Shown here: positions 63,603 to 64,000 of the stretch, in pieces
Layout: each line of letters starts with the position of its first letter
How positions within the stretch are numbered: the first letter of the stretch is position 1
NCBI GenBank assembly: GCA_029953675.1
Contig: JAMWBK010000004.1
Coordinates: 1,550,001 to 1,614,000, forward strand
Length of the DNA stretch: 64,000 nt
From: Rhodosorus marinus CCMP1338
Taxonomy: Eukaryota > Plantae > Rhodophyta
Direction of reading: 5' to 3'
The notes under the pieces: generated by a model
Databases searched by the model: none
What the model was told of the DNA's origin: nothing
Seen by the model: the letters and a program-made list of their open reading frames with translations, nothing else
Position numbers and translations under genes: made by a program

Positions 63603-64000
63603 GCTCTCTCGTTCAATAATCGAAACCAAAATCCAACCAAAAGTACAGATCAAAACCTCAAAAACAGGATCCTCTTCAACCACAAGAGCGCACCGCCCCC
63701 GCCCCCTCCCCCCCCCAAAAAAATGCAACCCCAAAAAACCTTGCCCCGTAGTACTTCCTTCACTTCTAAACCATCCCTTTCAATACCCTCTCATCACTCC
63801 TTCTCCTCACAGCAGCTGAATTGATACCCGATACCTTTTACCTGTTGTATATCACAACCTTCACTTAGAAAACCCAGAATCCAACAAAGCACTCTCCCAT
63901 AGTCGAGTTCCCCCTCTCAGTAGGCAAATCCAGATCGCCATCTTCTAAGATTTACACATCTCAACCTCCCCCCGGCAGGTACCTCTTTAACCCGCACAAC

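Overview
Eukaryotic nuclear DNA, most likely a red alga. The basis is short GT-AG introns (mostly about 60-110 nt), Tic22, and several plastid-type proteins with Phe-containing 'MxxF'-like transit peptides and no signal peptide; the taxon is an inference. The window holds about 17 protein genes: NYN/YacP nuclease, CAMK-type kinase, a secreted 23-aa-repeat protein, a ~1000-aa coiled-coil protein, LolD/MacB-type ABC ATPase, fructosamine kinase, secreted beta-propeller, PRPP synthetase, class-3 lipase, Xpt fusion, cyclophilin, CDK10/11-like kinase, GPAT9, GST, Tic22 and hypotheticals. It also holds one tRNA-Leu(CAA), retroelement remnants and several repeat structures. The most notable items are: (1) a plastid-targeted fusion of an apparently catalytically dead Ham1/ITPase-like domain to a Bacillus-type xanthine phosphoribosyltransferase, visible only after splicing; (2) an array of about 14 conserved 22-bp palindromes in diverged spacers at 44.4-45.8 kb; (3) a secreted protein of 14 near-identical glycosylation-sequon-rich repeats. 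All gene models were spliced by eye and all family calls are from recalled motifs; no database search was run.
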